In this document: piece by piece, positions 28,087 to 39,171 of the stretch
Layout: every line of letters begins with the position of its first letter
Numbering within the stretch: the first letter of the stretch is position 1
Virus record (IMG/VR): IMGVR_UViG_3300042402_003062
Location: 5,558-69,557 of that record
Reading direction: 5' to 3' (one strand)
DNA: 64,000 nucleotides
From: a virus
Notes under the pieces: generated by a model
The model's database searches: none
What the model was told of the DNA's origin: nothing
The model's input: only the letters and a program-made list of their open reading frames with translations
Position numbers and translations under genes: made by a program

Positions 28087-28285
28087 GGAACACACTATGC
28101 AAGAAATTCTAGAATCAATCAAAAATGGACAACGTAAACAATCCTTGGAACAACTTAAAGAGTCTGCGTATATTTTGGAAGACCTTTTTGAAGTTCTTTT
28201 AAATCACGGAGAACCTGAAGAAGTTATTCGTATGTACCGAGTAGCAGTAAGTCAGGGCTATATCAAATTTAACTAAAGGTTTATT

Positions 28286-28606
28286 ATGCAATTTAATACA
28301 ATTGATGACGCACTAAAATTCATAGATTTTGACGCTATCGCTACAGCTATGCGTGTGCTAAACTGGAAAGTTTTGCAACAACGTGACATAGTAGATCTAT
28401 ACTACCCAACGGCAGAAGAGCTTAAAACAGATTTGGCAAAATTATACAATAGCATAGTTTTGTACCCAGAACCTACAAACCCTACACATTTGTACGGCAG
28501 CTCTGAATCAGGTGCATTTAAAGTCAGCAAATCCAAATACAAAGAATCCGAGCTAGTTGGAGTACGTTTTATGATTTCTGCTGACGTACTAATAACAAAG
28601 GAGTAA
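28286..28606 (+). CDS. hypothetical protein
   Basis: 106 aa ORF within the operon. Confidence 0.6.
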   Translation: MQFNTIDDALKFIDFDAIATAMRVLNWKVLQQRDIVDLYYPTAEELKTDLAKLYNSIVLYPEPTNPTHLYGSSESGAFKVSKSKYKESELVGVRFMISADVLITKE

Positions 28607-28608
28607 TT

Positions 28609-28872
28609 ATGTACACATACAAAGAACTCTATGGAGCAGATGCAGATGGTAATCGGGGTCAAATGGTAACTGAAGCAGTCTTAGAACCAAGTGACACACC
28701 AACTATCAAAGAACTTATCTTAAAACAATATGAAGAAGGTGTGGACACTTATACAATTATCTTAATGGATCAGTTTGACGAAGACATTGAATTTGATGTC
28801 CTAGCCTCAGACTACTTTAACCAAGACGAACTAGAGGCTTTAGATGACAGTACTATTAACCCATTACCCTGA
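28609..28872 (+). CDS. acidic hypothetical protein
   Basis: AAGGAG RBS; YGADADGNRG. Confidence 0.6.
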   Translation: MYTYKELYGADADGNRGQMVTEAVLEPSDTPTIKELILKQYEEGVDTYTIILMDQFDEDIEFDVLASDYFNQDELEALDDSTINPLP

Positions 28873-30956
28873 TCTATACAGAGAAACTATTGTAGCTCTT
28901 GTAGAAGAACGATACGGTATCAAAAATGCAACCTTTAACATCAAGTTCATTAATCAACTTGTTTACGCAGACGGCTACCAAGTCACCGGGTTAGTCCACC
29001 CAATCATCACAGATTACTGGGGCATCCAAGGTGACGGAGTTGTCCGGGTAGAAGATGTTGAAGACTTTTCAGCAATGACAGACATTGTTGCATCACAGTA
29101 CATCAAACCAATTATCACATGGACTGATGAACTCGCAACAGCAGCCAAATGGTTAGCAACAATCGCTACCAAGTACCCAACTATCGCAGTAGACTTTGAG
29201 TCCAAAGACCTTACACTTCCACAGTTTAACCATTTAACAATGGTAACTATCGGATGGCACCGCACAAAATCTATTGTTATTGTGTTTAAAGATCAAGCAA
29301 TCCAAGACTATGTTCTTAATTGGCTTGTCACTACAGACTGTGTTCAAGTCTATCATAACGCATTGTTTGATACTCGTTTAATTCATCATGCAACTGGGAA
29401 ACTCCCCAAGCATATTGAAGACTCCCAACTACTTGCTGCAGTTTACCGTAACCATGTAGACCAATCCAAACGTTCATCAGGTCTTAAGGAACTAGCCAAA
29501 TTTCCGTATTTAGACTGGGCTTCGGATAAAACCTCATTTGAACTCTACCTTGATTCTTCAACATACGTAAATTCAAACCTTGTCTATGTCGGGAATAACC
29601 AAACACCGCACATGTATAACCTTCCACTCATTTACTACTGTGGAGTGGACTCATGTGCAACTCATCACGTTTGGACTAAGTTTGACACAGAGCCAGCAGT
29701 TCCATCACAATGGATCTTCCAACACAGCGAACCACGTTACAACACAGAACAGTTCAACCAACGGTATTACTATGAGTTCATTCTCAAGCCTGCAATCCCA
29801 GTAGTTGTTCGAATGTTAAACCAAGGTCAAGCCATCGATATTGCTGAAGTTCAAGCACTATCTGACCAAGTAGAGGAAGTTAAATCTCGGTGTCTTGGAG
29901 AAATTAATAAATTCAAAATTATCCAGGATTTTATGAAGCCTTTGGACGACGAACGTCTTGCTAAATTCCTTGAACCAATTCATAAAGTATGGAAACATCC
30001 ACAATATACTGGGTTTAAAGCAAACCCTGATATGCGCGCATTTGTTGTCAATCATTTAATCGGTTCAACATATGAAACACTTTCAGACAAAGAACTGAAG
30101 CTATTAGTAGATCCTGTACTTCAACCTTTGAAAGACAAAAACTATGATGCACCAGAAATTCTAGCTGCTTGTAATCTTTACGCAGAAGCGGAAGCACTAC
30201 GTCAAAACACACAAGCCAACCGAATAGACAAAGTTACGCACCCAGAAAAATACATCGATCTGGGGTTTAACCCATACAACTACGTCCAACTCACAAAAAT
30301 GTGGCTCACATTTGGACTTGAGTCAGATGAAATTTCAAAGAAAACCGGTCAAATGTCTTTTTCTGGAACAGTTCTAAAAACGTTATCTAAAACAACAACC
30401 GGGGATCTTCAACAAATAATCAAACTCTACCTAGAAATCGCCGAATCTAAGAACATGGTCACACAGTATATTCCCAAATACATCGGGTCTACATTAAATG
30501 ATCGTGTTTATGGATCTATCCGCCTAATGGGCACAATTTCAGGTAGACTATCTGGAAAAGCTGCAAAAATGACTGATGAAGAATCTAGACATCGCACAGG
30601 TATTAACTTAGTAACCCAACCAGCTTCATCATCAGCGTTCGCCAAACCTGTTAAAAAACTCTTTATTGCTCCAAAAGGTAAATTAATCATCGCAATCGAT
30701 TACGCAAATCTTGAGGGCCATGTGGGAGCCATCCTTACACATGACGAAACGTCTGTCAGAAATCTCCAACAGAATTTTGATACACACTGTCTTCACTCCG
30801 CTGCTTATTGGACACAAGCTTGGGAAGATTTATCAGGTATACCATTTGATAAAACTTCACTGACGGTAAACAAACAATACAAAGCGCTTTGTAGCACAGA
30901 TCCGGCAGCAGATAAATTACGCTCTAAGTCAAAAGGAGTTTCCTTTGGTCTCGCGT
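28844..30956 (+). CDS. polA: family A DNA polymerase, exon 1
   Basis: 3'-5' exonuclease motifs DFES, HNALFD and YCGVD; TISGRLS; motif A DYANLE; first part of motif B, RSKSKGVSFGLA. Confidence 0.93.
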
Positions 30957-31983
30957 TAACTACTAGCCTAGCAGCTTAGTTATAGCGCCTTCATACAGTA
31001 ATGTATGTCGAATAATTGTATATATGCTGGAAACCCGTAGTATTAATTTACCGGCAATCAGCAGACCAAGATATTAAGTTTTGTCTAAGTAGAACCCTGG
31101 TACCAGTACCCAAAACAAAGGAGTTTTATATGACAAAAATAATTACTGATTTTCCAAACTACTCTATCAATATAGAGGGTGCAGTAGTCAACACAGTAAC
31201 AAACACAACCAAAAAAGCATGGTTAGGAAAAAATGGGTACTATCATGTAGACCTATATAATAATAATATGAATAAAAAAGTAGCAATTCATAGATTACTT
31301 GCTATTCACTTTATACCTAACCCAGACAATAAACGAACAGTCAACCACATAGATGGAGATAAAACTAACAACACTTTATCAAATCTAGAATGGGCATCAG
31401 ACTCTGAAAATATTCAACATGCGTATGATAATGATCTTAATAGATGTACTACTAAGAAAATATCAGAAGACGCTATGGATGAAATTTTAGTTCGTTTTTA
31501 CAATGGGGAAAATTTAACAACTATTGTTAAGGATTACTCATTCAGTTTACCTACTTTAAGCACATATTTAGAAAAATATGTTATTTCTAAAGGAGAGCTG
31601 GACAAATTTAGTAATACGAAAAAAGAGCAGAAATTTAAACGAGCAGCTACAGCTAATCATAATAAATCTGCGATTACGGGAACTAGCTTGACTGACCCAG
31701 AGGATATTATTAAGTTTAACAGCTTATCAGAAGCATCTAAAGTATTAGGAAAGTCCACAAGTGGACCTATTTCTAATTGTTTGTCAGGTAGACAAAAGTC
31801 AGCTTATGGTTATAGTTGGAAACGATCTTGATCTCAACGACTATCCCGCAAGGGAGTAGGACCAAGTGGTCCGAAACGTACAACAACCAGAAATGGTTGA
31901 TGATATAGTCTAGCCTGTATAGAAATATGCAGATGCACGTAATGGTGCTGGCATGAACTAACGACTCATGTTGAATATACGCG
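30957..31983 (+). mobile_element. group I intron in the DNA polymerase gene
   Basis: The 5' exon ends in T and the intron ends in G; splicing restores FGLA-Y-GAY. P ATGCTGGAAA 31024, Q AATCAGCAG 31056, R TCAACGACTA 31834, S GATATAGTCTA 31902. Confidence 0.92.
31130..31831 (+). CDS. intron-encoded HNH homing endonuclease (I-HmuI-like, with NUMOD domains)
   Basis: IHRLLA...VNHIDGDKTNN...NLEW...NIQHA; C-terminal FNSLSEAS...SAYGYSW; AAGGAG RBS. Confidence 0.92.
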   Translation: MTKIITDFPNYSINIEGAVVNTVTNTTKKAWLGKNGYYHVDLYNNNMNKKVAIHRLLAIHFIPNPDNKRTVNHIDGDKTNNTLSNLEWASDSENIQHAYDNDLNRCTTKKISEDAMDEILVRFYNGENLTTIVKDYSFSLPTLSTYLEKYVISKGELDKFSNTKKEQKFKRAATANHNKSAITGTSLTDPEDIIKFNSLSEASKVLGKSTSGPISNCLSGRQKSAYGYSWKRS

Positions 31984-32531
31984 ACGGTGCATACCCACCA
32001 AAAGTAGCCAAGTCCATTGGTTGTTCCATAGAAGAAGCCCAAGTCATATTCGACAATTATCACAACGTACTTTACCCCGGTGTCACAGCATATCGGGAAG
32101 AGTATGTCCAACCAACAGTCCAAGATAACGGGTTTATTCACCTAAACTGGGGTCTTCGTCTCTATTCTACTGACGCTCGTAAAGATATTCGGACTTTAAA
32201 CAACTCAACCATGCAGGGATACTCCAATCTCACACAAATTGCAGCAGTAGAGTTTGATAAAGTGTTACAATCCAGCCCCTATGCAGATGATATCAAGCTT
32301 ACAAACATTGTCCATGACTGTCTATATTATGAGGTGACAGATGCTTTAGATATTATCAAGTTTATTAACGATACACTTCCACCCATCATGTGCAGACCCT
32401 TCATTACTGACCAAGCATTAACACTTAAAGCAGAAATCGATATTGGCACTAGTTTAGGGCATGTTGTGACTCTTCCAAACAATGCAGATCTACAAACCAT
32501 TCAAGAAAAATTATCCACTCTTAAGGAGTAA
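31984..32531 (+). CDS. polA: family A DNA polymerase, exon 2
   Basis: (Y)GAYPPKVA, NSTMQG, motif C VHDCL. The spliced product would be 886 aa. Confidence 0.92.
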
Positions 32532-32534
32532 TCA

Positions 32535-32729
32535 ATGACTCAACGTGATGTATACAATATGCTATATGCACTGGCCTTTGTTAATGCGCCTACTAGTCTA
32601 GATGAAGATAAAGCTCGTCGCTTAGCAACAAAAGTTGCTGTACTAGGAACATGGAAAGTTTATACGGACCCAAAACTATTATTGACTCTTTATAAGAACT
32701 CGTTACCATTGTTCAAGGACATACAATGA
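32535..32729 (+). CDS. hypothetical protein
   Basis: TAAGGAG RBS. Confidence 0.55.
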   Translation: MTQRDVYNMLYALAFVNAPTSLDEDKARRLATKVAVLGTWKVYTDPKLLLTLYKNSLPLFKDIQ

Positions 32730-33106
32730 GCTTTTTTAACGTACATAATAACTCGCTTAATACCATACACCAAAATCAAGCTATACATAGCCAAGATGTT
32801 GTCGGCCCTCGAGTTACAATAGATGCGTCTTTTCGACTATCTAATGAAGAAGCTATTCAATTAAAATTTGCTCAAACTTTGGATGAGGTAGTGATGCATA
32901 AGCTATGTGCAGAATTAATTAAACGGGCTCTAAGAGAAAATTTAATAACCATCCACAGGCATATAACTCCGTTTGATCCTAAATCTAGTATACAACATTA
33001 CACAACTTTTTACACAACTTTAACAATAATAAAACCAATAACGGAAAAGGATTCAAATGAAAATCGAACAACAAATTTTATCGGACCTGCAACGGCTTAT
33101 CGTTGA
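32726..33106 (+). CDS. hypothetical protein
   Basis: ATGA overlap, 126 aa. Confidence 0.5.
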   Translation: MSFFNVHNNSLNTIHQNQAIHSQDVVGPRVTIDASFRLSNEEAIQLKFAQTLDEVVMHKLCAELIKRALRENLITIHRHITPFDPKSSIQHYTTFYTTLTIIKPITEKDSNENRTTNFIGPATAYR

Positions 33107-35312
33107 ATATGAAGACCAACTAGAATTTCTTCAAAATCGCAGTATGGGCCACTTTGACACAACCGTTCTACCCACCGTTCTTCAAGATATGATCCGTATT
33201 GCAAATGCAAAAACACCATCATTCTCAAATATCTCAGCGCTTGCTGTATCCAATTTTGTGCTATCGCATATGTTTGGTCAAGTACGTCCACACCTAAACG
33301 ATGGTGTATACTCAGACGATCCAATTGGTCTTAACACCTATGCAATCATCCTAGCACGTTCAGGATCTGGTAAAGACTCCACTTATCAAGCTTTGTTAAA
33401 AACCACTCAATCGGCTCTTGCATTAGTGAAAACTAAACAAGACCAAGAAGCAACAGAAAAAGCTCGTGCTAAGTATATCCGGGAAATGAGCCGCGCCAAC
33501 GCTAATTTTGACGAATCTAAAGTCGTCCCAGATGACTACATTCATTCCATCCCAAAACCTGAAGCAACGATTACATCCCTTGCATCTACTCGGGGTGGAC
33601 TCAGTACGTCGCTGAATCGTATGGCTCACTCATCATTCGGAATCAAATCTTTATTTGCTTCAGAACTGGCTTTAGCCATTCAGTCAAATCCAACAGTCCT
33701 TGAAGTTCTTGAATTGTTCTCAGTTTTGTTTGATATGGGACAATCAGTTAGCCCAGAATTCAAAACTCAGGAGTCTAAAGAAGAGTCCATCCAGGGGATG
33801 TTTCCAAACTTACTTGGTATTTCTTCACCAGCCCCATTTTATCAAGAAGGCAATGTCCGTAAATTACTTGTACCAATGTTGCTTACGTCTCTTGCCAGAC
33901 GAATCACCGTTGTGTTTAGTACAGCCAAAGAGGAATTTGAAAACGAGTCAATCGCAGTCAATATCCTTGAACAACGTAAACTTCAGGATCAAGCAAGAGT
34001 CACATTACAAAATCTCACACCAAAGCTTGATGAGCATTTCCATGTATGTATGCGCGGTTTATTAAGCAACCCATCTCTGATGTTTGATGATGATGCATCT
34101 AATATATACAATGACTACAAATCCTACACACAACAAAAGTCAAAGTACTTACTACTTAAGGATGGAGATTCTGTCGAAGGTATTGAAATGTCTGGTCGAG
34201 CATTCAAAATGGGTCGTATTGCAGCATTATGGACTATCGCACAAAACAAGTACATTATCGATGAAGCCACTCTCAAAGCAGCAATTTATTTTGTGGACTA
34301 TACCGCATCTCATTTAGTTCGCTTTGCAGCCACTCTTGCACTCAAAGATTATGAATTATTCATTGATGACTGGCAGCAAGGTTTCTTTGAAAACAATTTA
34401 CCAGTCGATCAAGCAATCACTCGTGGATACATCACCACTAAACAGCTCAATGAACAATCTCTTCGTAACTTCCTAAAGCCTGTAAACTCACGCTTAGAAG
34501 GTACAGCAACCGTCTCATATAACGACAAGTCTAATGCTTTTGTATTCACACCAGTTACCAAAAATCTTGAGTCTACTTATACATATCGCGCAGTACCAGG
34601 AATTGTGGTTGACAAACCATTGTCAAACATTGCTAAGGACAAACCTATTGAAGCTCTTGGTAAATTACTATCGCTTAGCTGTACATTCAACCCATTTGCA
34701 GACACTTCTGCTAAATTCGTTGTCATACCACTTAACGGAGCAGTTTTACCAGCAGCATTACTTAGCAAGTACTTAGAGTCTGTACACCACTTTATGACCG
34801 AGTCCACACTAATTCTGCCTCTCAACGCAGTTATTACTACTGAGCAGTATAAGTATGTCACAATGAGCATTGCTAACCAGTTAATGATCAAAGCTGCCCC
34901 AACAGATTGTGAGGCCGGCTCCCTACATCACGGGTCTACAAATGCCCTAGTATTTAGCTCGCCACATACAACACCAAATTTATTTGACGTTAGTGGTATT
35001 CTTGGGAATTTTGCTTCAGGACTGGACACACCAATTCTTTATACCAAACCGGATCTCAAACCAACTCCAATTACTATCGCAAAATACCTTAGAGATGACA
35101 TCTACCCACACAAGCAAGCACTAGTCGAAGCTCTTGACGCGGCTAGTTTGCCAATCTTGTTATTTAGCTCTATTGTGCACGATATGTTCGCACACTCCGT
35201 GGAGCCGGAACGCATTGCAGAATTTGTTAACTCGGTAAATTCATTGCTCACAGAGTCATTTCCAGAGGATGTTATCACTACTTACATCCTAAACCCATTT
35301 AACCAAATTTAG
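33057..35312 (+). CDS. DUF3987-like P-loop helicase with a degenerate primase-like C terminus
   Basis: ARSGSGKDS Walker A, ASEL and LARR; adjacent to the primase. Confidence 0.65.
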   Translation: MKIEQQILSDLQRLIVEYEDQLEFLQNRSMGHFDTTVLPTVLQDMIRIANAKTPSFSNISALAVSNFVLSHMFGQVRPHLNDGVYSDDPIGLNTYAIILARSGSGKDSTYQALLKTTQSALALVKTKQDQEATEKARAKYIREMSRANANFDESKVVPDDYIHSIPKPEATITSLASTRGGLSTSLNRMAHSSFGIKSLFASELALAIQSNPTVLEVLELFSVLFDMGQSVSPEFKTQESKEESIQGMFPNLLGISSPAPFYQEGNVRKLLVPMLLTSLARRITVVFSTAKEEFENESIAVNILEQRKLQDQARVTLQNLTPKLDEHFHVCMRGLLSNPSLMFDDDASNIYNDYKSYTQQKSKYLLLKDGDSVEGIEMSGRAFKMGRIAALWTIAQNKYIIDEATLKAAIYFVDYTASHLVRFAATLALKDYELFIDDWQQGFFENNLPVDQAITRGYITTKQLNEQSLRNFLKPVNSRLEGTATVSYNDKSNAFVFTPVTKNLESTYTYRAVPGIVVDKPLSNIAKDKPIEALGKLLSLSCTFNPFADTSAKFVVIPLNGAVLPAALLSKYLESVHHFMTESTLILPLNAVITTEQYKYVTMSIANQLMIKAAPTDCEAGSLHHGSTNALVFSSPHTTPNLFDVSGILGNFASGLDTPILYTKPDLKPTPITIAKYLRDDIYPHKQALVEALDAASLPILLFSSIVHDMFAHSVEPERIAEFVNSVNSLLTESFPEDVITTYILNPFNQI

Positions 35313-35343
35313 CTCATTCACCCTATTTTGTAAGGAGGTATTT

Positions 35344-36123
35344 TTGGACATTCGCTTATCAATTCATCCAGTCCCAGGTTTATCTAAAGATGAACGAGCA
35401 GATTTCACACACTTTACCAAGTACTTTCAATGTTCGTTTAAACAGCTCATTCATCTATTGACTAAAGACTACATGTACTCTCCATTTGCATTCTTAGGAA
35501 ATCATAGATTAACCTCAAATATTTGTTCAACTACACAGTTTGTTGTTATTGATGTTGATAGCACCAGTCTCACCATCCACCAGAGGCTTACCCAACTCCT
35601 TGATGAGGACTTACAATGTATCATTGGAACAACAAGTTCTCAGCATAATTTAACCAAATATAGGGTATTATTACCTCTTTCGACACCTGTCACACGTGAC
35701 GAATATCGCAGACTTATTAAAGGTATTCAGTACCATGGATTAATATCTGATATGGATCCAGCTAGTGCAAAACCTGCTCAAGTATTTTACTCATATGCGG
35801 ACTCAATTGTCCTATCAAGTTTCAGTGGTCATCCCCTCATAGTCGAGGATTATATCCTCCCACCACCACAACCCGGTGAACATAGCCCAGATATATCTAT
35901 GGACTTATCTGAACTTATTGACCAAGTGCCATTCTACCCATACGCTTCCAAAGGCAGTCGTACCAGAGTCCTACTTCGTGCAGGATTTGAACTACTGGAA
36001 CTTGGAGCCTCAGACCAACAATTGGAGCAAGCTTTAACTCAGTTAAATCAACGCTTCTTAGTACCAAAAGATCAACACTCCCTAAAAAGACGAGTAATCA
36101 ATTTTATTAAATCAAGGAGGTAA
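35344..36123 (+). CDS. AEP/PrimPol-type primase
   Basis: FVVIDVD, TTSSQH...KYRVLLPL, D......QVFY and a PriCT-like GSRTRVL; TTG start after TAAGGAGG. Confidence 0.7.
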   Translation: MDIRLSIHPVPGLSKDERADFTHFTKYFQCSFKQLIHLLTKDYMYSPFAFLGNHRLTSNICSTTQFVVIDVDSTSLTIHQRLTQLLDEDLQCIIGTTSSQHNLTKYRVLLPLSTPVTRDEYRRLIKGIQYHGLISDMDPASAKPAQVFYSYADSIVLSSFSGHPLIVEDYILPPPQPGEHSPDISMDLSELIDQVPFYPYASKGSRTRVLLRAGFELLELGASDQQLEQALTQLNQRFLVPKDQHSLKRRVINFIKSRR

Positions 36124-36128
36124 CTTAT

Positions 36129-36860
36129 ATGTTACTAGAAAATCTCGACCTAACAGCACGCAAAAAACTCACTAGTCAGTACCCAGTTCTATTCGCATCG
36201 GAAACAGGTTCAGGTAAAAGCTACGCATTCTCACAACTTGCTCCAGAAGAAAAGAAACGTACAGTAATCTTTAACTTTGATAACAAATCCATCAGTGATG
36301 ATGACTCAGAATTTCTTTTCATCTACCACAGTTTCGACATCAACGATATTGAAATGGTGGATAAAATCGAAGCTTCTATCTACAAATCATTTGCTTCAGA
36401 CAAAGTTGATCGTATCCTCATCGATACATTTACTCTTATGACAAAGTTATTCAATCGTTGGGCTGCAGAACACTCTTCTGGGTTTGATGTATGGAACGCC
36501 TACAACAACTCAATCACACGTATCATTGAAGCCATTAAGTCATCAACACTCACTTACGGTAAATTCTCATATGTCACAGCTCATTACCCTCCACGTTTGG
36601 GACACACTCCAAACACTAAACGGTACGTTACAACAAAAGGTAAAGAACACACCAACGTTATTGAAGAGTCATTCTCAACTGTTGTTGAAACTATCATGGA
36701 AGATCGTCAATTCAAGTACACGGCAGATGTATTCTCAGATACAGACACAACAAAAACAAAACTGCCTGAAGGCCACTTCAAATTTGTACGCAAATCTGTT
36801 GATGATCTTGAGCAGATTCTCACAAAATCAAAAAAAATTGTGGATGAACAAGTAGTATGA
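36129..36860 (+). CDS. AAA_24 / Sak4-like ATPase (N4 gp44-like)
   Basis: ETGSGKS, ILIDTFT, VTAH; lies upstream of SSB. Confidence 0.75.
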   Translation: MLLENLDLTARKKLTSQYPVLFASETGSGKSYAFSQLAPEEKKRTVIFNFDNKSISDDDSEFLFIYHSFDINDIEMVDKIEASIYKSFASDKVDRILIDTFTLMTKLFNRWAAEHSSGFDVWNAYNNSITRIIEAIKSSTLTYGKFSYVTAHYPPRLGHTPNTKRYVTTKGKEHTNVIEESFSTVVETIMEDRQFKYTADVFSDTDTTKTKLPEGHFKFVRKSVDDLEQILTKSKKIVDEQVV

Positions 36861-37093
36861 GCACCCTATCCTCCAAACAAATCCGGGACTTAATGAGTGA
36901 ATTCTCACCAAAGCCTGGATATGTTCTAAAATTAACTCGTATTGAATTTGAAGATGCTGTAGAAGCAGCAATTGGAATTGACATATCGGATGAGCCTGGC
37001 TCAAACGGAGCTCGTCTCAAAACTGTTCTACAAACATCCACCCCAGAGCAAGTAAATGATTTAGTGTTATATCTTCGCTCGTTGTCAGCCTGA
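36857..37093 (+). CDS. small protein resembling an AbiJ-type N-terminal domain
   Basis: GYVL...F......GIDI....GSNGARLK...V..L..L pattern. Confidence 0.45.
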   Translation: MSTLSSKQIRDLMSEFSPKPGYVLKLTRIEFEDAVEAAIGIDISDEPGSNGARLKTVLQTSTPEQVNDLVLYLRSLSA

Positions 37094-37172
37094 CCTTAAC
37101 TGCCAACCACTCGCAATTTAGTCGCAGCATAGCTGGAACCATTTTAATTTAACTAAACAAGGAAACACAACT

Positions 37173-37925
37173 ATGAGTATAATTCTCAACGTAATGAACA
37201 ACATGTCAGATGAAGACAAAGCAAAATTAGGTCGCAGCGGATCAAAGATCAACACAGCTGGAGCACACTTAGTAACAATCGTAGAAGCATACGAGATTGA
37301 CAACCAACGTTTCTGCCTCAAACTGGAAGATGCTGAAGGTAAAACCGTAGATTGGACTGGCTTCTTCAAAATGAAAGTCGGAAAAGATGACAAAGGTGTT
37401 GTTAAAGCAGGAGAGTATTCTGTTAACGGAGTCAAAACATTCCTTGATACTGAAGGCGCAGAGTACGATAACCTCCGTTCAATTGGACAAATCAAAAACC
37501 TTTGGAAAATCGTTGGTAATGACGAAGCAACATTCGGTGCAGGTATCACTAAAGGTACTGTTACATTCGCAAAAGCCGGTACAAAAGAAGTTGAACACTG
37601 GAAAGGTCTTGTTGGAAAACAATTTACAGCTGTTACATCATTCCTTGTAACTCTTGATACAGATGGTAAACGTACATGGCGTAACCAAGACATCAACATG
37701 GACGCAATGTTCACTAAAGATCGTCTTTCACAAACAGAAAAAGATGCAGGAAAAACTGAGCCAGTAGCAATCGATGCTGCTATCGCAACTGCACTTGCTA
37801 ACCCATCAATTGAGTACAAAAATCGTAACAACAAAATTTGTATTCAAGAGCTTAACCTAATCAAAGGTGCCGGTAAAGCTCCAGCTATTGAAGTAGCTAC
37901 TGAAACTGCAGCGGATCCATTTTAA
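37173..37925 (+). CDS. single-stranded DNA-binding protein (N4 gp45-like position)
   Basis: Follows the Sak4-like gene; acidic/aromatic C terminus ADPF. Confidence 0.6.
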   Translation: MSIILNVMNNMSDEDKAKLGRSGSKINTAGAHLVTIVEAYEIDNQRFCLKLEDAEGKTVDWTGFFKMKVGKDDKGVVKAGEYSVNGVKTFLDTEGAEYDNLRSIGQIKNLWKIVGNDEATFGAGITKGTVTFAKAGTKEVEHWKGLVGKQFTAVTSFLVTLDTDGKRTWRNQDINMDAMFTKDRLSQTEKDAGKTEPVAIDAAIATALANPSIEYKNRNNKICIQELNLIKGAGKAPAIEVATETAADPF

Positions 37926-38125
37926 TGGTGGATCTACCACTATTATATCAGCGAGTAGAGGCTCTTGAAGCCGAACTCGGGTCCATTACTGCTTTTATCC
38001 TTGTACAATCCAAGGAAGCTAGTAAAACAGTCCGAGACTGCACAAAGATCACTGACTCTTTGAGTATTGAACTCCGCAGATCTCTAGTCGACTTTGACAA
38101 ATCACTCACTACACAGGAGTCCTAG
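37925..38125 (+). CDS. hypothetical protein
   Basis: TAATG overlap, 66 aa. Confidence 0.5.
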   Translation: MVDLPLLYQRVEALEAELGSITAFILVQSKEASKTVRDCTKITDSLSIELRRSLVDFDKSLTTQES

Positions 38126-38126
38126 T

Positions 38127-38435
38127 ATGATTAACGAAACACAACTCGAAGCCGAAATCCAGTCAAAAGGTCTTAACGCACCACGTTTAACTCCCGAGCA
38201 TATTGACTCGTGCATTAAATACGTAGAGTATTGGGTTGTCCCTAACACTACTTCCACGGTATGTGCAATGGTCTTACAAAATAACTTTGTTATTATTGGA
38301 AAATCTGCTGCAGCTTCTATGGCAAACTTCGACGAAGAAATTGGCAAGAAGATTGCATACAGCGATGCGCGAGAACAGATTTGGGCTTTAGAAGGTTATC
38401 TACTAAAAGACAAGCTTTTTAATGAAGCCCATTAA
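38127..38435 (+). CDS. Phage_gp49_66 family protein
   Basis: APRLTPEHID...TVCAMVLQNNFVIIGKSA...NFDEEIGKKIA...IWALEGYLLK. Confidence 0.85.
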   Translation: MINETQLEAEIQSKGLNAPRLTPEHIDSCIKYVEYWVVPNTTSTVCAMVLQNNFVIIGKSAAASMANFDEEIGKKIAYSDAREQIWALEGYLLKDKLFNEAH

Positions 38436-38466
38436 CTATTACCACCATATTTTAAAAGGGATCCAC

Positions 38467-38808
38467 ATGGAAATTATCAAATCTGAAATTCAAATTACAC
38501 TCACTAAAGCACAGTTGCTTGACCTTATTCAAGAAGCACTTACAACTGATGCAGGCCCAGCAATCAAACGCGCTATTACACCAATGCTGCAAGATGCTTT
38601 CCCACAATTCCCAGACTTCACTAATATCTCCATCGGAGAAACTGATGAGTCCGGTCAAACAACAGTAACCTTACGTCAACCAGCCGCACCTAAAGCAAAA
38701 GCCGCTGCTGCACCTAAAGCATCATCCGACCTCAAATCTCTTGAGCCTTTGGAAATTGCACCACAATCAGAGCCAGAATTAGTAGACGATATTGATTCAG
38801 TTCTATAA
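38467..38808 (+). CDS. hypothetical protein
   Basis: Probable start MEIIK at 38467; Ala/Pro/Lys-rich linker and acidic tail. Confidence 0.6.
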   Translation: MEIIKSEIQITLTKAQLLDLIQEALTTDAGPAIKRAITPMLQDAFPQFPDFTNISIGETDESGQTTVTLRQPAAPKAKAAAAPKASSDLKSLEPLEIAPQSEPELVDDIDSVL

Positions 38809-38871
38809 TCACTCTTGAGTGATCATACAGTACTCTTTAGAGTATTGTATTAATTACTTAAAGGATCACAT

Positions 38872-39171
38872 ATGCAACATAAAGTTATTTTACGCTACTC
38901 CGATGGATCTATTAGAAATTTAGACTTATATGATCTTAACTCAAATTTCAGACGTCCTTCAAAAGCAAATGTTATATCATTTATTTGGAAACAATCTACA
39001 GAATCGCCACACCCAGATACAATTGTTGAGTACATACATACGAGTCTTCTTCCAAGACTTAACACTAACCCAATACTCTTTGCAATTAGCATCAACACTT
39101 GTCCAGAATCTATTCGTCATCTGTTTGTCCTACCGCCAGAACAACTTACTTTTAAAGGCGCAATACAATGA
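38872..39171 (+). CDS. hypothetical protein
   Basis: AAGGA RBS. Confidence 0.55.
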   Translation: MQHKVILRYSDGSIRNLDLYDLNSNFRRPSKANVISFIWKQSTESPHPDTIVEYIHTSLLPRLNTNPILFAISINTCPESIRHLFVLPPEQLTFKGAIQ

